A stretch of DNA of 64,000 nucleotides from an uncultured Gammaproteobacteria bacterium (GTDB lineage: Bacteria > Patescibacteriota > Microgenomatia > UBA10105 > UBA927), in NCBI GenBank assembly GCA_964449585.1, contig CAYUZE010000004.1:51063-115062 (forward strand), in the 5' to 3' direction. The first letter of the stretch is position 1. Each line of letters starts with the position of its first letter. A model generated the notes under the pieces. It did not search any database and had not been told where the DNA came from. It saw only the letters and a list, made by a program, of their open reading frames with translations. The position numbers and the translations under genes are program-made. Of this stretch, positions 26,199-35,930 are shown piece by piece.

Positions 26199-26696
26199 TC
26201 AAGTCCGGGATGCCAACGATGACACTTTATAGGAAAATCCGTGAGTCACCGCGATAGCAAGCGCGTCGCAGGTGTCGTCGGGCGTCGGCATTTTGGTAAG
26301 TCGCAACAGCTTTGTCACCATTTTTCCCACCTGCGATTTGTCCGCGCTTCCGCTGCCGCAGATGGTTTTTTTGACGGTCATAGGTCCGTAGCTCGCAAGC
26401 GGAATATTTGCCTGGGCGCAGGCAAGTAATATGACGCCGCGGGCTTGTCCCACCGCAATAGCCGTCTTTGCATTTTTGGAAAAAAACAAATCCTCGACAC
26501 CGACCGCATCGGGTGCATAGGTCGTCAGCAGTTTCGTAAATGACGTATATATTGCGGCAAGTCTTATTTCCGGCGCATCTTCCTTGGGGGTGGTGATGCA
26601 TCCGTACGCCTTGGCTTGTATGCGGCTCTTATCTTCCGTAATAACTCCCCATCCTATACGCGCCGTTCCGGGATCCACCCCTAGTATCGTTATCAT
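26199..26696 (-). CDS. ruvC: Crossover junction endodeoxyribonuclease RuvC
   Basis: ILGVDPG, VEDLFF, PDDTCDALAIA. Confidence 0.95.
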   Translation of the reverse strand: MITILGVDPGTARIGWGVITEDKSRIQAKAYGCITTPKEDAPEIRLAAIYTSFTKLLTTYAPDAVGVEDLFFSKNAKTAIAVGQARGVILLACAQANIPLASYGPMTVKKTICGSGSADKSQVGKMVTKLLRLTKMPTPDDTCDALAIAVTHGFSYKVSSLASRT

Positions 26697-26783
26697 GTGT
26701 TCCATTTATATCATGCGAGATTGGGTAATGCCATTGTCGGCTGCGGCGTATTCATATGCTATAGTGCAAGAAGTGAGGGAATA

Positions 26784-28559
26784 ATGCCGAAAAATACGCG
26801 GAATATTGATACCGTCAAATCGCTTGCGAGCATGTGGTTTGCATCGCTTGCGGTGTTCTGCGTATTGATTGTTGCTTCCCGGTATCTCGGAGGATATGAA
26901 CGGGTGATTGCGGGGAAGTTCACCGTCGGAAACCTCTTGGTTGCCGATGTTGTTTTCGGATGTCTGGCATTCTTTTTCCTCTCGGTTACCGCAATATACC
27001 GGATGTTCCTCCGCTACGACATACTTACGGTAACGGAGGGTAACCGTTGGTCGCGTTTTTTTTCATACCCCGCGTTTTTTGCGATTCTGGCGATATTTCC
27101 GCTCTATCTTTTTTTCCGGCTTGTTAACCTACGGGCCTTGCGGGATAGGATTGCAAAAAAAGAATTTACGACGGTAATCTCCGGTATTGCGGGTGGCGTA
27201 CTTACCTTGGGTCTTCTTTCTCCCGTTTGGGCAGTCGGGTATTACGGTATCGGATATGCGGGAATGAATATGTTGGGATATGTTGCGGAGCCGCAGGCGA
27301 TATCGGGCACGGGCTCCATGTATCCGACGTTCCCCAAAGGAGAGGGCAAAGACCCCGTTGCCTTGTCAAAGCAGATCGTCGGAACGCCGGGTATGTTCCG
27401 GTATCCCAACGGATTAGTCATCGCGGGCAACCGTTTTTTTGCCTATACCTTGAATCGCGGCGATATCGTGGTTGCGCAAAATCCCGCAATCGCCGAACGG
27501 ACGAAAGCAATGTATGGGGAAGAGGGAAGCTGGGTGAAGCGTATCATAGGTCTTCCGAAAGACACATTGGAGCTTCGGGGAGGGATCGTATACCGCAACG
27601 GCGAAGCAATCCGCGAGCCGTATACCGCAAGTCCGCAATCGACATTCGGCGAATCATTTCTCGGGGAATGTAAAGAAATCACCGTTCCCGACAACGCGGT
27701 ATTTCTCATGGGAGATAACAGAAAGGGAAGCGGGGATTCACGGGATATCGGATTTGTCGGCATTGACGCCATTCGCTACGTCATACCGTTTGAAAAACAA
27801 AAAGGAATCCTCGATAGCCATTTTCGTGATACCGCCAAAGATTTCGACGCGGGTTCCCGCATAACGGTGGATAAAGATCGCTATGTTTCGTTATTAAATG
27901 AAAAACGAAGGGAGGCGGGGGTAGCCCCCGTTCGGTACAATGCAAAACTTGAGGTTTCGGCAAAACTTCGCGGGAAGACGATTTTGGAGTTTGACGACTT
28001 TTCTTTTGAAGCGACAAGGAGCGGGTACACCATGGCTCGTGCCATGAGTGATGCCGGATATAGCAATGTGCTGTGGGGAGAAGCGCCCGCCCAGGGATAC
28101 TATGAGGCCGAAGAGCTTATCGAAAACCAGTTTCAGTTTCCGCAGTCAAAGAAATTCCTTCTTGATGATGATTTTGATGATATAGGAATTGCGGAAGTGC
28201 AGGGAACAATAAACGGGTGTCCTACGCAGGTGATTGTGCAGCATTTCGGGGGATACGTACCGCCCGCATATACCCGCGAAGTGGTGGATTCGTGGAGTCA
28301 GACACTCCGCGAGCTCAGGGAAATACAGCCCGGATGGAGTCAGCTAAAAGAGGTTTTTTCGATCTATGATGCGCATAAGGACGAAGTCAACCGCATTAAC
28401 GAGATCATCGCGCTGCGAATAAGCCGCATCAGCGGGATAGTTGCCCGCATGAACGAGAATCAGTGGCTCACCGCTGAGCAGAACAGCTATATAGAACAGG
28501 ATACAGCGCTGTACGAAGAGCAGGAGCGGTTAGCGACAAAGTTAAATAGCTACCGGTAA
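26784..28559 (+). CDS. lepB: Signal peptidase I (S26) with multi-TM N-terminus and C-terminal CAP/SCP-like domain
   Basis: GSMYPT (Ser), VKRIIGLP (Lys), GDNRKGSGDSR; then LNEKRREAGVAPV...DIGIA. Confidence 0.85.
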   Translation: MPKNTRNIDTVKSLASMWFASLAVFCVLIVASRYLGGYERVIAGKFTVGNLLVADVVFGCLAFFFLSVTAIYRMFLRYDILTVTEGNRWSRFFSYPAFFAILAIFPLYLFFRLVNLRALRDRIAKKEFTTVISGIAGGVLTLGLLSPVWAVGYYGIGYAGMNMLGYVAEPQAISGTGSMYPTFPKGEGKDPVALSKQIVGTPGMFRYPNGLVIAGNRFFAYTLNRGDIVVAQNPAIAERTKAMYGEEGSWVKRIIGLPKDTLELRGGIVYRNGEAIREPYTASPQSTFGESFLGECKEITVPDNAVFLMGDNRKGSGDSRDIGFVGIDAIRYVIPFEKQKGILDSHFRDTAKDFDAGSRITVDKDRYVSLLNEKRREAGVAPVRYNAKLEVSAKLRGKTILEFDDFSFEATRSGYTMARAMSDAGYSNVLWGEAPAQGYYEAEELIENQFQFPQSKKFLLDDDFDDIGIAEVQGTINGCPTQVIVQHFGGYVPPAYTREVVDSWSQTLRELREIQPGWSQLKEVFSIYDAHKDEVNRINEIIALRISRISGIVARMNENQWLTAEQNSYIEQDTALYEEQERLATKLNSYR

Positions 28560-28581
28560 CCGTTCACTATATAATAAACTT

Positions 28582-28956
28582 ATGCCGCTATTTCAATTTT
28601 TAGGTGCAGCGCTGGGTGCCGGCGTCGTCATCTCCTTCATCAGTATCGCGTGGCCCAGGATATCCGCGGATCCGCGACCCGAACTCCTCACGAAGGTTCG
28701 GGAAACGGTGGTTGAAACCTCACCCGGCAGAAGTCTTGCCGAAGTGTTGGGAGTAACCGACGAAACCGGGGTTTCCCCCGTGAGTGTTTCCTCGCTTATT
28801 ACTACCGGTACCAATGCCGCCGTCGACATGGTAACACGATCCACGCAAAGAGCGGTGACGGGAAAAATACTTGAAACCCTCGGAACGCAATTTGAAACGC
28901 TTTCGGAGGAAGATAAGGCGTCATTTCGGGCAAAAATATGCGTCCCTGCCGAATAA
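28582..28956 (+). CDS. Hypothetical membrane-anchored protein
   Basis: N-terminal TM; TATAAT 6 nt before ATG. Confidence 0.7.
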   Translation: MPLFQFLGAALGAGVVISFISIAWPRISADPRPELLTKVRETVVETSPGRSLAEVLGVTDETGVSPVSVSSLITTGTNAAVDMVTRSTQRAVTGKILETLGTQFETLSEEDKASFRAKICVPAE

Positions 28957-30078
28957 TCATGATGCCATCCGACGTTTGGGGATCGTAAGATACCATGCGG
29001 TGAAAAACGTGGTGAGCGGGACGGCGAGAATCAGTCCGAAGCTTCCCGAGAGCGTGCGTACGATCTCTTCCATGATCAACTCACTGTTTATTATTGACCA
29101 CAGCGGGTATTTGTTGGGATTGGTTACCAGTACGATAAAAACGGGCAATGATGCGCCCGCATACGCAAGCACCAGGGTGTTGACGAGCGATGCGACATGT
29201 TCTCTTCCTACCCGAAGCCCCGCCGCCATAAGCTGCCACAGGGTAAGTTTCTTATTTGCCCGATGTAATTCGTAGATTGACGCGGTCAGTCCCGTCGTCA
29301 CGTCATCCAACACACCTAATGCGCCGATTAACATGCCGCCTAAAAGAAGACCCCGGAAATTCACGATCGTCGAGATGCCGAGTTTTAGCGAGTATGCGTC
29401 TTCACTCCCCAAACCGGTGAGATTCATCGAATGGACAAAAATAACGGACAGCGCGCCGGTAATAAGCAACGTACAGAATGTGGCAAAAAGCGCCACCGTG
29501 GTCTGTGCGGAAAATCCGTGCGCCAAATACATGGTGACGATCATGATGACGAGACAGCCGACGATACTTATCGTCAACGGATCGCCCCCTGCCAAAATCT
29601 GCGGCACGATCCACCGTGCGATAACGAGAAGGCTGACAAACATGCCCAGTATTGATCCCACGCCTCGCCATCGGCTTAAAAGAATAACCGCCGCGGCAAA
29701 AATAATAAGATACGGAATAAGGGTAGGCAGACGATAGGAGTCAATGATCGTGAAAGCGGGAGTACCGTCGGTTCCGGAGGTATAAAGCAGCACAACCGTA
29801 TCGTTTTTACGGACAAATTTACTTTTGTCGATGGAGAACACGTCTCCGTGATGAATCGTGACCGTGTGATCTTTGAGGTTACCATCGAGGATGGTGACGT
29901 CGACGATCTGATAGGGGAGGGAGATACCGTTATTGGTGCGACTGCCTTCCTCACGTACCCGTTCCACCCGAGCGCGGTATTGTGCCTCGGGAATTCCCGC
30001 GGGTTCCTGCGCCATAACGGGTTGCAGTGGAATGTATGCGGTAAGAAACAAAAGAACGGCAAGCAAGGTGTTTCTCAT
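28957..30078 (-). CDS. YibE/F family membrane protein
   Basis: IGALGVLDDVT, GREHVASLVNTLVLAYAGASLP, EEIVRTL. Confidence 0.9.
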   Translation of the reverse strand: MRNTLLAVLLFLTAYIPLQPVMAQEPAGIPEAQYRARVERVREEGSRTNNGISLPYQIVDVTILDGNLKDHTVTIHHGDVFSIDKSKFVRKNDTVVLLYTSGTDGTPAFTIIDSYRLPTLIPYLIIFAAAVILLSRWRGVGSILGMFVSLLVIARWIVPQILAGGDPLTISIVGCLVIMIVTMYLAHGFSAQTTVALFATFCTLLITGALSVIFVHSMNLTGLGSEDAYSLKLGISTIVNFRGLLLGGMLIGALGVLDDVTTGLTASIYELHRANKKLTLWQLMAAGLRVGREHVASLVNTLVLAYAGASLPVFIVLVTNPNKYPLWSIINSELIMEEIVRTLSGSFGLILAVPLTTFFTAWYLTIPKRRMAS

Positions 30079-30103
30079 AGCGTCATTGTAACAGAGTCAT
30101 TTA

Positions 30104-30133
30104 CCAAACAACTCCCTTGCGGGAGTTGTTTGG
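30104..30133 (-). terminator. Strong hairpin downstream of the small ORF
   Basis: CCAAACAACTCCC-TTGC-GGGAGTTGTTTGG (GCAA loop on the minus strand). Confidence 0.6.
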
Positions 30134-30179
30134 ATGTATTGCGTAACATGCCGTGCAGGCATCTTGGTTGAAACGTCTT

Positions 30180-30356
30180 TTATACGGTAATGGTATCGTA
30201 ATCCGCTTTTGATACGAATTTGGTAAGATTTCTTCCGTCTGCGGTTTTTGCTTTCAGCGCGTAACGGGTACCGCCATTTACGGTGTATGCTTTCTTTTCG
30301 GTAACCTGGACATTCACTTTCTGGCGGCTCTTTACGTCATAGAATGATGCGTTCAT
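30180..30356 (-). CDS. Small basic protein (58 aa), possible cysteine-free DUF5679/Cc1-like
   Basis: MNASFYDVKSRQKV...RYALKAKTADGRNLTKFVSK; strong AAAGGAGGTG RBS. Confidence 0.75.
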   Translation of the reverse strand: MNASFYDVKSRQKVNVQVTEKKAYTVNGGTRYALKAKTADGRNLTKFVSKADYDTITV

Positions 30357-30396
30357 ATACTCACCTCCTTTAATTGAGAACTTATAAATGTATATC

Positions 30397-30433
30397 ACTT
30401 GCATTTGACAAATGCAAGTTTATTGCATATACT
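30397..30433. promoter_or_regulatory. Palindromic operator (putative Fur/Zur box) overlapping a sigma70 promoter
   Basis: ACTTGCATTTG-A-CAAATGCAAGT perfect 11-1-11; TTGACA(30405)-17-TATACT(30428). Confidence 0.75.
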
Positions 30434-30439
30434 GCCATT

Positions 30440-30871
30440 ATGCTTACGCATGAGAAAACGCATAACTGCAAAGATGAACTGCGAAATGTATCGCTCAAGG
30501 TAACTCCCGCGCGCCTTGCGGTGCTTGATGCATTGGAACAGGCGAAGACACCGTTGGATGTATCGGGGGTCATTGCGCATCTTCGGAAAAAGGGCGTTGA
30601 TGCCGATGCGGTAACCGTGTTTCGGATTCTTAATATGTTTAGCAAAAAAGGACTTATAACTCCCATACAGTTTAATGAGCATAAACTGAGGTACGAACAT
30701 GCCGATAAGCCGCCGCATCATCACTTTATATGCGAAGAATGCGGCAGTGTCACCGACGTCGAGGGCTGTGTCGTCGGGGGCATTGAAAAAAAGATTGAAA
30801 AGACGTTGGGAGCAAAAGTAACCAGACATTCCCTGGAATTTTTCGGTCGTTGCCGGAGGTGCATCGTATGA
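30440..30871 (+). CDS. Fur family transcriptional regulator (likely Zur-like)
   Basis: KVTPARLAVL, TVFRIL, HHHFICEECG, CRRC. Confidence 0.93.
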   Translation: MLTHEKTHNCKDELRNVSLKVTPARLAVLDALEQAKTPLDVSGVIAHLRKKGVDADAVTVFRILNMFSKKGLITPIQFNEHKLRYEHADKPPHHHFICEECGSVTDVEGCVVGGIEKKIEKTLGAKVTRHSLEFFGRCRRCIV

Positions 30872-31614
30872 CGCAGTGGTATGCAATTGTTTCGGTTATT
30901 GTAGTAAGCCTGATTTCACTTACGGGGGTATCCCTTATTTCCCTCCGGAAAAAGGAACTGAGCGCCCTTATCACGTATGCGTTGGCATTTTCATCAGGGG
31001 TGATGTTGGGGGCAACCTTCTTTGATTTGCTTCCCGAGAGTGTCGAAGTGTTTCCCGAAGGGGCATTTACCTGGGTGCTCGGCGGCTTTGTGGCGTTTTT
31101 TGCGCTCGAAAAACTGCTTTCCTGGCATCACCATGTGGAAGGCAGACACGTGCACGAGGAAAAACCGTTCGCATATCTTACCCTTTTGGGTGATGCCATT
31201 CACAACTTTGTTGATGGTGCGGTGATCGCGGGTGCGTATTTGGTATCCGTTCCTTTGGGAATTACGACCACCGTTGCGGTCATAGCGCATGAAATCCCCC
31301 ATGAGTTGAGTGACTTCATGATTCTTCTGCACGGCGGATTTTCTCGGGCAAAAGCGCTTTTGTATAATTTTCTGTCCGCAACAACCGCTATCTTGGGGGC
31401 CGTCCTTGTACTGTTTCTCTCGGGACAAGTGGAAGTGTTTGAACAATACATGTTGCCGATTGCCGCGGGTAACTTTCTCTATATCGTGGCAAGTGACCTT
31501 ATTCCCGAACTGTTAACCAAACGGAAAGGCATTGAGTCCGTCGTACAACTTGCCCTCATGCTCTTGGGACTTCTTGTGGTTCCCGTGGTCTCCCGCTTCT
31601 TTGGCGCGGCATAA
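30868..31614 (+). CDS. ZIP family metal transporter
   Basis: GDAIHNFVDG, AHEIPHELSDF, His-rich loop. Confidence 0.93.
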   Translation: MTQWYAIVSVIVVSLISLTGVSLISLRKKELSALITYALAFSSGVMLGATFFDLLPESVEVFPEGAFTWVLGGFVAFFALEKLLSWHHHVEGRHVHEEKPFAYLTLLGDAIHNFVDGAVIAGAYLVSVPLGITTTVAVIAHEIPHELSDFMILLHGGFSRAKALLYNFLSATTAILGAVLVLFLSGQVEVFEQYMLPIAAGNFLYIVASDLIPELLTKRKGIESVVQLALMLLGLLVVPVVSRFFGAA

Positions 31615-31639
31615 GCCCATGCTACAATAGTGGACACGT

Positions 31640-32646
31640 ATGGACGAAGATATCAGAAAACGCGCCACAGAACTTCTCATTCGTCTTGACATGGACGGGA
31701 TGCGCAAACACATCCGCGAGCTTGAAGCCGAGAGCATGCATGAGAACTTCTGGAAAGATCCCGAATCCGCCGCCGGGAAAATGCAGGAACTGGCTACCCT
31801 CCAAAAGGAACTTGCCGAAACGGAAGATTTTTCCCTGCTTCTCGAGCTGGGCGAAGAAGAGAAACTTAGGGCGGAAATAACCCGTTTGGAATTTGCGTTG
31901 TATCTTTCCGGCCCTTACGACAAAGGGAACGCAATTATCGCGCTTCATTCTGGTCAGGGAGGAACGGAAGCCATGGATTGGACGCAGATGTTGTATCGGA
32001 TGTACACGCGGTATATCGAACGCAAAGGTTGGAAAATGGAAGAGATGGATTATACGGCAGGTGACGAGGCGGGAATAAAAAGTGTCACCATGGAAGTGAC
32101 CGGTAGGTTTGCGTTCGGCTTTTGAAAGCCGAAGCGGGAGTACATCGACTGGTCCGGCAGTCGCCCTTTAATGCGGATAAGCTCAGACAAACCTCCTTTG
32201 CCATGGTGGAAGTACTTCCGATCGTTGACGAGGTAGGGGTTGATATCCGTGAAGAGGATATCGAGTGGGAATTCTATCGTGCGGGGGGAAAAGGCGGACA
32301 GAATGTGAACAAAGTATCGACTGCAGTGCGGCTGAAGCATAAACCGTCGGGCATCATCGTTGCCAGTCAGGCTCAGCGATATCAGGGACAAAATAGGGAA
32401 TTTGCCTTAAAAATGCTTCGGGCGAAATTATGGGAGCTTGAGGAAGCAAAAAGAAGAAGTCAGGATAAAGCATTTCGCGGCGAATACAAAACGCCGGGGT
32501 GGGGGAATCAGATACGTTCCTACGTGTTGCATCCCTACCACATGGTCAAGGATTTGCGTACGGAACACGAAACGTCCGCAACCGACCGGGTGCTTGACGG
32601 AGACATCGAGGATTTCATCCTGGCATACTTGAAAAAAATTTCTTGA
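31640..32646 (+). CDS. prfB: Peptide chain release factor 2, split by a frame break at about 32120-32125
   Basis: [10 protein letters not shown] in ORF1; [11 protein letters not shown] (SPF motif), [10 protein letters not shown] and WGNQIRSYV in ORF2 (-1 frame). Confidence 0.92.
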
Positions 32647-32663
32647 ACCCGGATAATGGACGT

Positions 32664-33131
32664 ATGAGACATACACCGCAAGAACATCCGCAGGAAAACG
32701 TGCTTCGCTCTCTTGATCAGAAAAATGTTCCCGACGAAATCAGGAATACGAAAAAAGATGCGGTTGTCGTGCTGGTCGTTTATGTCATTTTGATGCTTTT
32801 GGGCATCGGCACCGGATATCTGTTGAGCCAAAAAGGAGCCGGTCCGCTTGCGCCGAAGGGAACCCCCGTTGCGACCGACAAAGTTGTCGGCGTGCAGGAT
32901 GCCTCGACGTTTAAAGATTGCGCAACCGGCAAACTTGAAAAAGACGGGCTTGACGGGGAAGGAACGCACAAGTTGATTCGTGACGGCGGCCCGTCGCAAA
33001 CGGCCTATCTTATTTCTTCGATTGTGGATCTGGATCAATACGTCGGTCTGACCGTCAAAGCATGCGGGCAGACCCTTGCCGCCAAGAAAGTCTCATGGCT
33101 TATGGATGTCGGCAGGCTGGAACTTGAATGA
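32664..33131 (+). CDS. Hypothetical membrane-anchored protein
   Basis: One TM followed by a small soluble domain (GEGTHKLIR); start uncertain. Confidence 0.7.
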   Translation: MRHTPQEHPQENVLRSLDQKNVPDEIRNTKKDAVVVLVVYVILMLLGIGTGYLLSQKGAGPLAPKGTPVATDKVVGVQDASTFKDCATGKLEKDGLDGEGTHKLIRDGGPSQTAYLISSIVDLDQYVGLTVKACGQTLAAKKVSWLMDVGRLELE

Positions 33132-33868
33132 TTAACTTCACCAACGTCTCCAAATATTATCCCGGTAAGGTTCCGGGACTCGTCGATGTAACGGTGGAAA
33201 TACCGGATGGTGAATTCGTGTTTTTAATCGGTCCTTCAGGGAGCGGCAAAACCACATTTTTACGGCTACTCATCCGTGATCTTGTTCCCTCGAGCGGTAC
33301 GATTACCGTGGATAACACGGATATCGCCAAGTTAACGGGCGCAAATTTATATCTGTTGCGCCGCAAGGTAGGCATCGTGTTTCAGGATTTTAAACTGTTG
33401 CTTGACCGGACCGTTTATGAAAACGTGGCGATGGTGCTGGAGATTTTGGGAAAGCCGGAACGTGATATCGAACACGGCGTGATGAACGTGTTGGAACTTG
33501 TGGGACTTGCGGGGAAGCGCAATCTGTTCCCCGTCCAACTTTCCGCGGGAGAAATGCAGCGGACGAGTATCGCGCGCGCTATCGTCGGAGGACCCAAGAT
33601 CCTCCTTGCCGATGAACCGACCGGCAACCTTGATCCCGATACGGCATGGGGGATCATGGATATCCTTTCCGAGATTCACGGTTTGGGTACGACCGTCATT
33701 GTCGCGAGCCACAATGCGGAGATCGTCAACAAAATGCGCAAACGCACACTCACGATCCAGCACGGTCAGGTAGCCCGCGACGAGGCAAAAGGACATTATC
33801 ATTTGGAAAAGCATCAGAAGAGTAGTTCTAAAGGAGGCAAACACGATGCCGCTCACGAGAGAAGTTAA
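33128..33868 (+). CDS. ftsE: Cell division ATP-binding protein FtsE
   Basis: [26 protein letters not shown]; adjacent to ftsX. Confidence 0.92.
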   Translation: MINFTNVSKYYPGKVPGLVDVTVEIPDGEFVFLIGPSGSGKTTFLRLLIRDLVPSSGTITVDNTDIAKLTGANLYLLRRKVGIVFQDFKLLLDRTVYENVAMVLEILGKPERDIEHGVMNVLELVGLAGKRNLFPVQLSAGEMQRTSIARAIVGGPKILLADEPTGNLDPDTAWGIMDILSEIHGLGTTVIVASHNAEIVNKMRKRTLTIQHGQVARDEAKGHYHLEKHQKSSSKGGKHDAAHERS

Positions 33869-34739
33869 AACCCATATCAGAAGAAGTCCGTATCAGGCCA
33901 TGGCGGCAACGCTTACCATGTTCCTTACCTTTCTGGTCGGCGGCGTATTTTTTCTGGCGACGATGGCGTCGGTGAGTATCTTAAGTTACTTTGAGGGTAA
34001 GCCGCAGGTAACGGTGTTTTTCACCGCGAAAGCGGGGGAAGCGGAAGCCGAGAAGTTAAAAACCAAACTGGAAGCGACAAACCAGGTTGCCGGCACGCAT
34101 TTCGTTTCGAAAGAGGACGCGCTTGCTATTTACCGGCAACAAAATCAAAACGATCCGCTCCTTTTGGAGATGGTGACTGCCGATATCCTGCCCGCGTCGC
34201 TTGAAGTTTCGGCAAAAGATCCGCAATATCTTTCCCAGATTGCGAGCGTTATCGAAGGTAGCGAGGGCGTGGATGAAGTAGTATTTCAGCGGGATGTGGT
34301 AGATTCGTTACTCTCGTGGACGAATGCCATTCGTCTCGTGGGCGGTGTGTTGGCGCTTCTGCTGGTTGCCGATTCGTTACTTATCATCGGCACCGTGATT
34401 GCGATGAAAATCGCCCTCAAACGTGATGAAATTGAAATACTCACCCTGGTGGGTGCATCGCCCTGGGCAATCCGGGCTCCGTTTGTTGTAGAAGGCGGTT
34501 TGTACGGTCTTTTCGGCGCGGGAGCCGCATCAATTATTTTAAGCGTGCTCATTACCTGGTTCCGGCCGTATCTGTACTCCTTTTTAAATTCCATACCGGC
34601 GATGAAGGAACTGCTTGCAAGTGCCACGGGTACGCCGTTTCTTATCGCGGTTTCCGTATTTGTCGCGGGTAATCTCCTGATAGGGTTTATGCTCGGCGCA
34701 CTGGGAAGTGCGATTTCTATCAGGCGGTATCTGAAATAG
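33846..34739 (+). CDS. ftsX: Cell division permease FtsX
   Basis: VSKEDAL, LPASLEV, RDEIEILTLVGAS..IRAPFVVEG. Confidence 0.92.
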   Translation: MPLTREVKTHIRRSPYQAMAATLTMFLTFLVGGVFFLATMASVSILSYFEGKPQVTVFFTAKAGEAEAEKLKTKLEATNQVAGTHFVSKEDALAIYRQQNQNDPLLLEMVTADILPASLEVSAKDPQYLSQIASVIEGSEGVDEVVFQRDVVDSLLSWTNAIRLVGGVLALLLVADSLLIIGTVIAMKIALKRDEIEILTLVGASPWAIRAPFVVEGGLYGLFGAGAASIILSVLITWFRPYLYSFLNSIPAMKELLASATGTPFLIAVSVFVAGNLLIGFMLGALGSAISIRRYLK

Positions 34740-34752
34740 ACCATGAGCGCTC

Positions 34753-35886
34753 ATGAAAAAACTGCTTCGCACGGTTATCGTCTTACTGCTGCTTTGTGTT
34801 AGCACCGTTCCGGTGTTTGCGAACGAGGCGATTGACCAGCAGATCAAAGATCTGGAGGCAAAAATCGCGGCCTCAAAGTCCGAACAAAATACGCTATCCA
34901 AGCAGATAACGCTGTTGGATTCCCAGATTAAACTCACCGAGCTGCAGATTGCTTCAACGGAAAAGAAAGTGGCCGTCCTGGAACGGGAAATCGGGGAACT
35001 TGCCGACGAAATTCATCGGCTTGAAGATTTAAAGACGAAACGATTGGAACTTGTGCTGCATCGCATACCCCAGTCGTATAAGCGGACGTCCTCCTCACAA
35101 TTCGGCTGGCTTTTGTTCAGCAAAAACTTTTCGGAACTTCTCACCCGGGCAAAATATATGGTGCAAGTGCAGGAAGAAGATACGACACTGTATAAACAGC
35201 TCCAGCTGACGCAGATGAATTATAACGAGCGGCGTGATATCCGCGAGACAAAGAAAACGGAACAGGAATCATTACGGAAAGAATTGGAACGCCATACCCG
35301 GGATCTTGCCGCGCAAAAGAAACAAAAACAATCACTGTTGGATCAAACAAAAAGCAGCGAAGCGGTGTATCAACGGTTACTTGCGCAGGCATTGGCGGAG
35401 AAACAGGCCGTCGATCGGGCGCTGGTGGATTCCGTTAAAGTCGGTCCGGTGAAAAAAGGCGATCCCATCGCCCTTGTCGGGAACACCGGATACCCAGGGT
35501 GTTCGACGGGCGCGCACCTGCACTTCGAGGTTCGTCAGGGCGGCTCTTGGGTAGATCCGTCTTCGTATCTTTTGAACAAAACCGTCAAAGATGAACAGGG
35601 GGGCGGGGAGTGGACCTTGGGAGGCGGCAGTTGGAATTGGCCGCTTGCGGATACGATTCGGATGACGCAACATTTCGGAAAAACACCCTGGTCATGGCGA
35701 TACAGTTATTCGGGTGGTATACATACGGGGTTTGATATGATCTCAACTTCCAGCGAGGTAATCAGGGCGCCGGCGGACGGCGAGCTGTTCTCTTCTTCAC
35801 AGGCGTGCGGGACGAGCAGTGTCATAAAAATTAAGTATATCGACCACGGAAGCGGCACACTCAGTTTTTATCTTCATGTGCAATAA
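34753..35886 (+). CDS. Coiled-coil + M23 peptidase (EnvC/CwlO-type FtsEX partner) with permuted M23 domain
   Basis: Signal peptide, long coiled coil; STGAHLHFEVR precedes HTGFD. Confidence 0.85.
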   Translation: MKKLLRTVIVLLLLCVSTVPVFANEAIDQQIKDLEAKIAASKSEQNTLSKQITLLDSQIKLTELQIASTEKKVAVLEREIGELADEIHRLEDLKTKRLELVLHRIPQSYKRTSSSQFGWLLFSKNFSELLTRAKYMVQVQEEDTTLYKQLQLTQMNYNERRDIRETKKTEQESLRKELERHTRDLAAQKKQKQSLLDQTKSSEAVYQRLLAQALAEKQAVDRALVDSVKVGPVKKGDPIALVGNTGYPGCSTGAHLHFEVRQGGSWVDPSSYLLNKTVKDEQGGGEWTLGGGSWNWPLADTIRMTQHFGKTPWSWRYSYSGGIHTGFDMISTSSEVIRAPADGELFSSSQACGTSSVIKIKYIDHGSGTLSFYLHVQ

Positions 35887-35930
35887 ATCGTACAGACGGA
35901 ATGATAAGAGACGGTATAGTGTGAACCTGT

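Noticed and set aside
32123-32125. UGA readthrough or genetic code 25 in prfB
   Set aside because: The downstream RF2 sequence is in a different frame, so readthrough would not restore it, and TGA terminates many intact genes here.
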